A model generated the notes under the pieces. It ran no database searches. It was given only the letters and a program-made list of their open reading frames with translations, and was not told the DNA's origin. A stretch of DNA of 64,000 bases from Camelus dromedarius (taxonomy: Eukaryota). Of the stretch, positions 60,242 through 64,000 are shown one piece after another (position 1 is the first letter of the stretch; every line of letters begins with the position of its first letter). Both the position numbers and the translations under genes were made by a program. The DNA lies in the NCBI RefSeq assembly GCF_036321535.1, contig NC_087454.1, forward strand, positions 19,158,001-19,222,000, given 5' to 3'.

Positions 60242-60944
60242 TGTTGCAGGGAAATGGGGTGCGAGAAGATGGCCATGTCCCAGGTCCTGGGCGAGTCCCT
60301 GGGACGCACCTCATCAGGTGAGGGTCCTTGGCTTTGCACAGGAAAGAATTCAAGAGGGAGCCATTGTAAAGTGAAAATGAGTTTATTCAGGGAAATACAC
60401 ACTCCGTAGGCAGAGGCAGCCGGCAAGAGGAGGCCTCAGAGCATGGGGTCGTCTAAGAAAGTGAGATCAGTCATGAGGCAAGGGGGGTGGTTAAAGTAAA
60501 AATAGATACACACTCCTTAGACAGGGTGTGTGCTGTCTCAGGAGGCAAGAGAGAGTAACCACAAGGTGCAGGGTTGTTAGTTTTTATGCACTCAGTAATT
60601 TCACAGGCTAACAAGTAGGAGGGTTATTCCAACTATTTTGGGGAAGGGACAGAGATTTCCAGGAATTAGGCCCCTGTCCACTTTTTGACCTTTTATGGCC
60701 AGCCTGGAAACTGTCATGGCACCTGTGGGGGTGCCATTTACCATGCTAATGTGTGACAACAGCGTATAATGAAGGTCAAGCTCAACTGGAAGTCAAATCC
60801 TCCACCACCTTGGGCCTCAGTGTCTGTGGGAGTTGAATCTACCACCATCTTGGGCCTAAATGAGTTTTGACCGGTTTATGTCCTATCCTCAGTTGCTGTG
60901 TCATTCTTTTAATGGTTCTGTCTGCCCCATTCCCTCCTGTCTCA
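60242..60944 (-). mobile_element. Solo ERV1 LTR (MER31-like) with 4-bp TSD
   Basis: TG...CA termini, GTGG at 60238-60241 and 60945-60948, reverse AATAAA (gtttatt, about 60382). Confidence 0.82.
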
Positions 60945-62059
60945 GTGGCACTGGTGGACTCTCCCTCCCTAGGGAGCAGCTCCTCTGCCCTCCTAGTGCC
61001 TCCTCAACTCCCACTGTGCTGTTTCCTCTTCTGCCTTTGGAAGACCATCTCTCTCCTTCCTCTGGAAACTAATACAGGGGTTGAGGGTGTCAAGGTAGAA
61101 GGCAACACCATGGAAAGCTTATTATTTGTTATAACCATACTTTTGTATATTTTATGATATTTTATCTTTTCAAGATGGCTTTTGTAAGTGCTTTGAGTTT
61201 AAGCATCAGTGTCATATCTGGAAAGTGGAGGGGTAAGGGATACCTAGTTCAAGTGGTTGTGAGGAACAAATGGAACAATGTGTATGAAACGACTTAGTAA
61301 ACTGTTAAACTCTGTAAACGAGTTGTTGCTAGCACTGTCATCACCGTGTAGAGGAGTAGAAAACACCTTGAACTAGAGCATGGAAATGCAGTCCCTTGGT
61401 CTCAGTAACCACTTGACTTCCCAGCCATGTCCTGTATGACTGGCCAGGACCTTTTTCAGGTTTGTCAGCTTCTGGAAGATTCAACAGTGCTCCTCTCCCC
61501 AGGGGCAGAACCGGGAGTGGTCACAGTTCAAGGTTAAGGCCAGGTGGGAAGACCTCCCCAGAGGTAAACTGTGCCACAGAGCATTCCTTCATTCATGAAG
61601 AACTGTGCAAGAAGGGTGGGAGAATGAAGCCAAGATGAGTAAGAAGCTGCTTCTGCCCTCGAGGAGTTCTCAGTCTACCCAGGTCAGTGCTCTGGCTTTG
61701 GAAGCGTGCACACTTCCTCAGAACCAGCCAAGAACTCTGACTGAGGAGGGCGTCCTGGAGGAGGTGAGGTAAAGCTGGTCCACCAAAATTGAGTGGGATT
61801 GCCAAGACATTTGTCTTTTGTGGGAAAAAGGAATTAGGAGACGATTTCAATTTAGTAAACATTTATTAATCAGATAACTCCTTCTAGGATCTGAGCTAGC
61901 GTCAGGGGTTAGAGAAAGAAAGTATGAAATCAACATAATTCAGTCCAGGAAGCTCTCTTGTTTTAATAAGGAAGCTAAATCTGCATAGAATTAAAGGAAA
62001 CAACTTCATAAATGGTGTGACATCACGGCGAGGGCTTTGAGTTCCTAATACAGGGATTG

Positions 62060-62420
62060 TGGACTGTGCCGCGGGGATGATTCTGAATGAATGTTCCGAA
62101 GGGGTTTCTTGAGGGTCCTGGTCTGCGTGTCCCTAGTCGTCACCTAACAGGCAGATGAGAGCTGCTTACGTAACCCGACGGCGCCTCCCGGGCGACCAGG
62201 GGAACTGGACTGGGGAGCCGGGCCAGGGCTGAGTGCGCGCTCCTGGAATCCGCGCTGGGGGTGTTGGCTCACCCCGGCCCGGCACCTGGGTCCGCCCTAC
62301 CACCGCGAAGACAGGCGCGCGGCAGCCCTGAGGTCGGCGGGCGACTCCCTACGCCTCCCACCTGGAACCGGGCGGCTGTAAACGCCCGGCAAGCCCGCCC
62401 CGTCTGCCTACCCCTCTCCC
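62060..62420. promoter_or_regulatory. Orphan CpG island
   Basis: Sharp CpG/GC enrichment with GC boxes and palindromic TTACGTAA (62166-62173). No recognised gene start. Confidence 0.65.
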
Positions 62421-62904
62421 CGCCCTGTTGAAGAGAGTCGAAGAGGAAGAAACCCATAATAATCTTGAACTCTGGCATACATCCTGGGTCTTGCTCTCCG
62501 TAGGTCATCTTGTCGTCCGGTTGGCTCTGGGTTTCCAAGCCTCTAGCCCATTTTACTTTTCCCAGATCACCCTGGAAACAAGGGCCGTCCTTCTCTGAGT
62601 TAAACTTCGATCCCTCACTTGGCAACAGTGTAAAAAGATTTTTGTTGCGCGTTGTGGTGGTGAGGGTTACAGAGGAGGATGCACCTTGTCCTGAGATTAA
62701 TTTTGGTTTCTGAGTATGAGGAAGTAGAAAAGACAGACAAATTTGTCTTTGAAAGGGAAACTACATCCTCTCCCACTCTAGCCTAAACCAATCTTTGATG
62801 AGAATCAACATCTTTTCATACCTTTGAAATGATGGTTAGGTTCTGAGTCAGATTCACTCCAAAATATTGACCGTGGGAGACCACACTTAGAGGATGTCTT
62901 TACA

Positions 62905-63359
62905 TTTCTTTAAAGTGTCAACTTTTTTATTATGGAAAATTTCAAACATACAGGATGTAGAGAAAAATAGTATGATGAACTTGTGCACCCATCTCCCCTT
63001 CAACAATGGTCAACTCATGACCAATTTTGTTTCATCAGTTACCTCCCACTCATCCTCCCCCTTTTCCCAGTGTGTTATTTTGAAGCAAATTCCAGACATT
63101 TTATTGATAAAACTTCAGTATACAAAAACTTCCTTTTAAAAAAGCACAATTATCACATCTTAAAAATGCACAACTCTTTAATATAAATGTACAGTCAATG
63201 TTCACATTTCTATTTCACATTTTAAAAATTAGATTACAATTAATTTGTTCAAATCAGTATGCAAACAAGTCCACCACTTCATTTGGTTGTTATGTCCTTT
63301 AAGTCTCTTTTAATCTATAGGTTCCCTTTCTTCCTCTCCTCCCTGCCCCCATCCCCTTC

Positions 63360-63391
<32 letters not shown>

Positions 63392-63850
63392 TTTGATGAA
63401 GAAACTTGTCCTTTGCTTGTGAATTTTCCCAAACTGGGATTTGCTGAATGCATCTCTGTAGCATTGTTAAAAATATTCTGATAGAGCCAAAACCCTGATG
63501 GATTCATCATTTTTGGCAAGTACACATCAAGTCGTTACTTCCTGTTGTATTACATTGGAAGGCACGTAATGTTGGATTGTCTCTCTTTTTATACTGTTAG
63601 GACTGATCGTTGGGTTTGGGTGTTGGCAGTCTGATTCATCATTGTAAGTTTCCCCACCAGCTTTTTCATATAATGTTTCTAGCAGCTGTTGATGAATATT
63701 GCCTAGATCCATTATTTCATTAGATGTTACAAAAGAATGATATTCTTGCATCCTTCGTTTATTAGCTAGAGTTTGTATAAAGAACTGTCCTTCAACCATT
63801 TGGTTATCTTAGATATATTTGTACAAGAATGGTAGCATAGTTTACTATAC
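62905..63850 (-). mobile_element. Old L1M (L1MC-like) 3' end
   Basis: ttttattatggaaaatttcaaacatac..gtagagaaaaatagtatgatgaac.. signature. Confidence 0.7.
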
Positions 63851-64000
63851 AGAAATTATACTACAATAAAGCTGTTTAAAAAAAAAAAAAAAGAATGGGA
63901 GCAGAAAAACTGAGTCTTTACTTATCAGTGTTCAGAAAGTTATACGGGTTCCTAGCATCCTCCAAAAATGACCAATGAGTTTATTTTTTAGTTATCACAA

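Noticed and set aside
61380-62640. TRIM31 3' exons (expected next gene by synteny)
   Set aside because: Manual translation gave no B30.2, coiled-coil or other TRIM31-like peptide. The 118-aa ORF at 62269-62625 has no recognisable homology.

Overview
Mammalian genomic DNA from the distal MHC class I framework region, most likely a camelid (inferred from five tRNA-Ala-derived Vic-1-type SINEs). I reconstructed five intact multi-exon genes by hand, with GT-AG junctions and matching phases: MOG (+, 8 exons, 2710-11629), ZFP57 (-, 4 coding exons, 12593-15895), POLR1H/ZNRD1 (+, 30831-33560), PPP1R11 (+, 35825-37737) and RNF39 (-, 39598-43982). A three-exon, roughly 380-codon gene on the minus strand (25678-27866) is the orthologue of the 'lncRNA' ZNRD1-AS1/POLR1HASP (Tctex4). 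Its first two exons are open; its last exon has two nonsense codons and two frameshifts. The interval that holds the HLA-F/G/A alpha block in human is only about 7 kb here, with an ERVL pol remnant and no recognisable class I gene. The last 19 kb (45-64 kb) is mostly L2/L1/MIR/LTR/MER repeats plus an orphan CpG island; I could not recognise TRIM31 exons. Two N-gaps are present. Comparisons with human or other proteins are from memory, not from a search. Repeat family names are pattern-based and most repeat boundaries are approximate.
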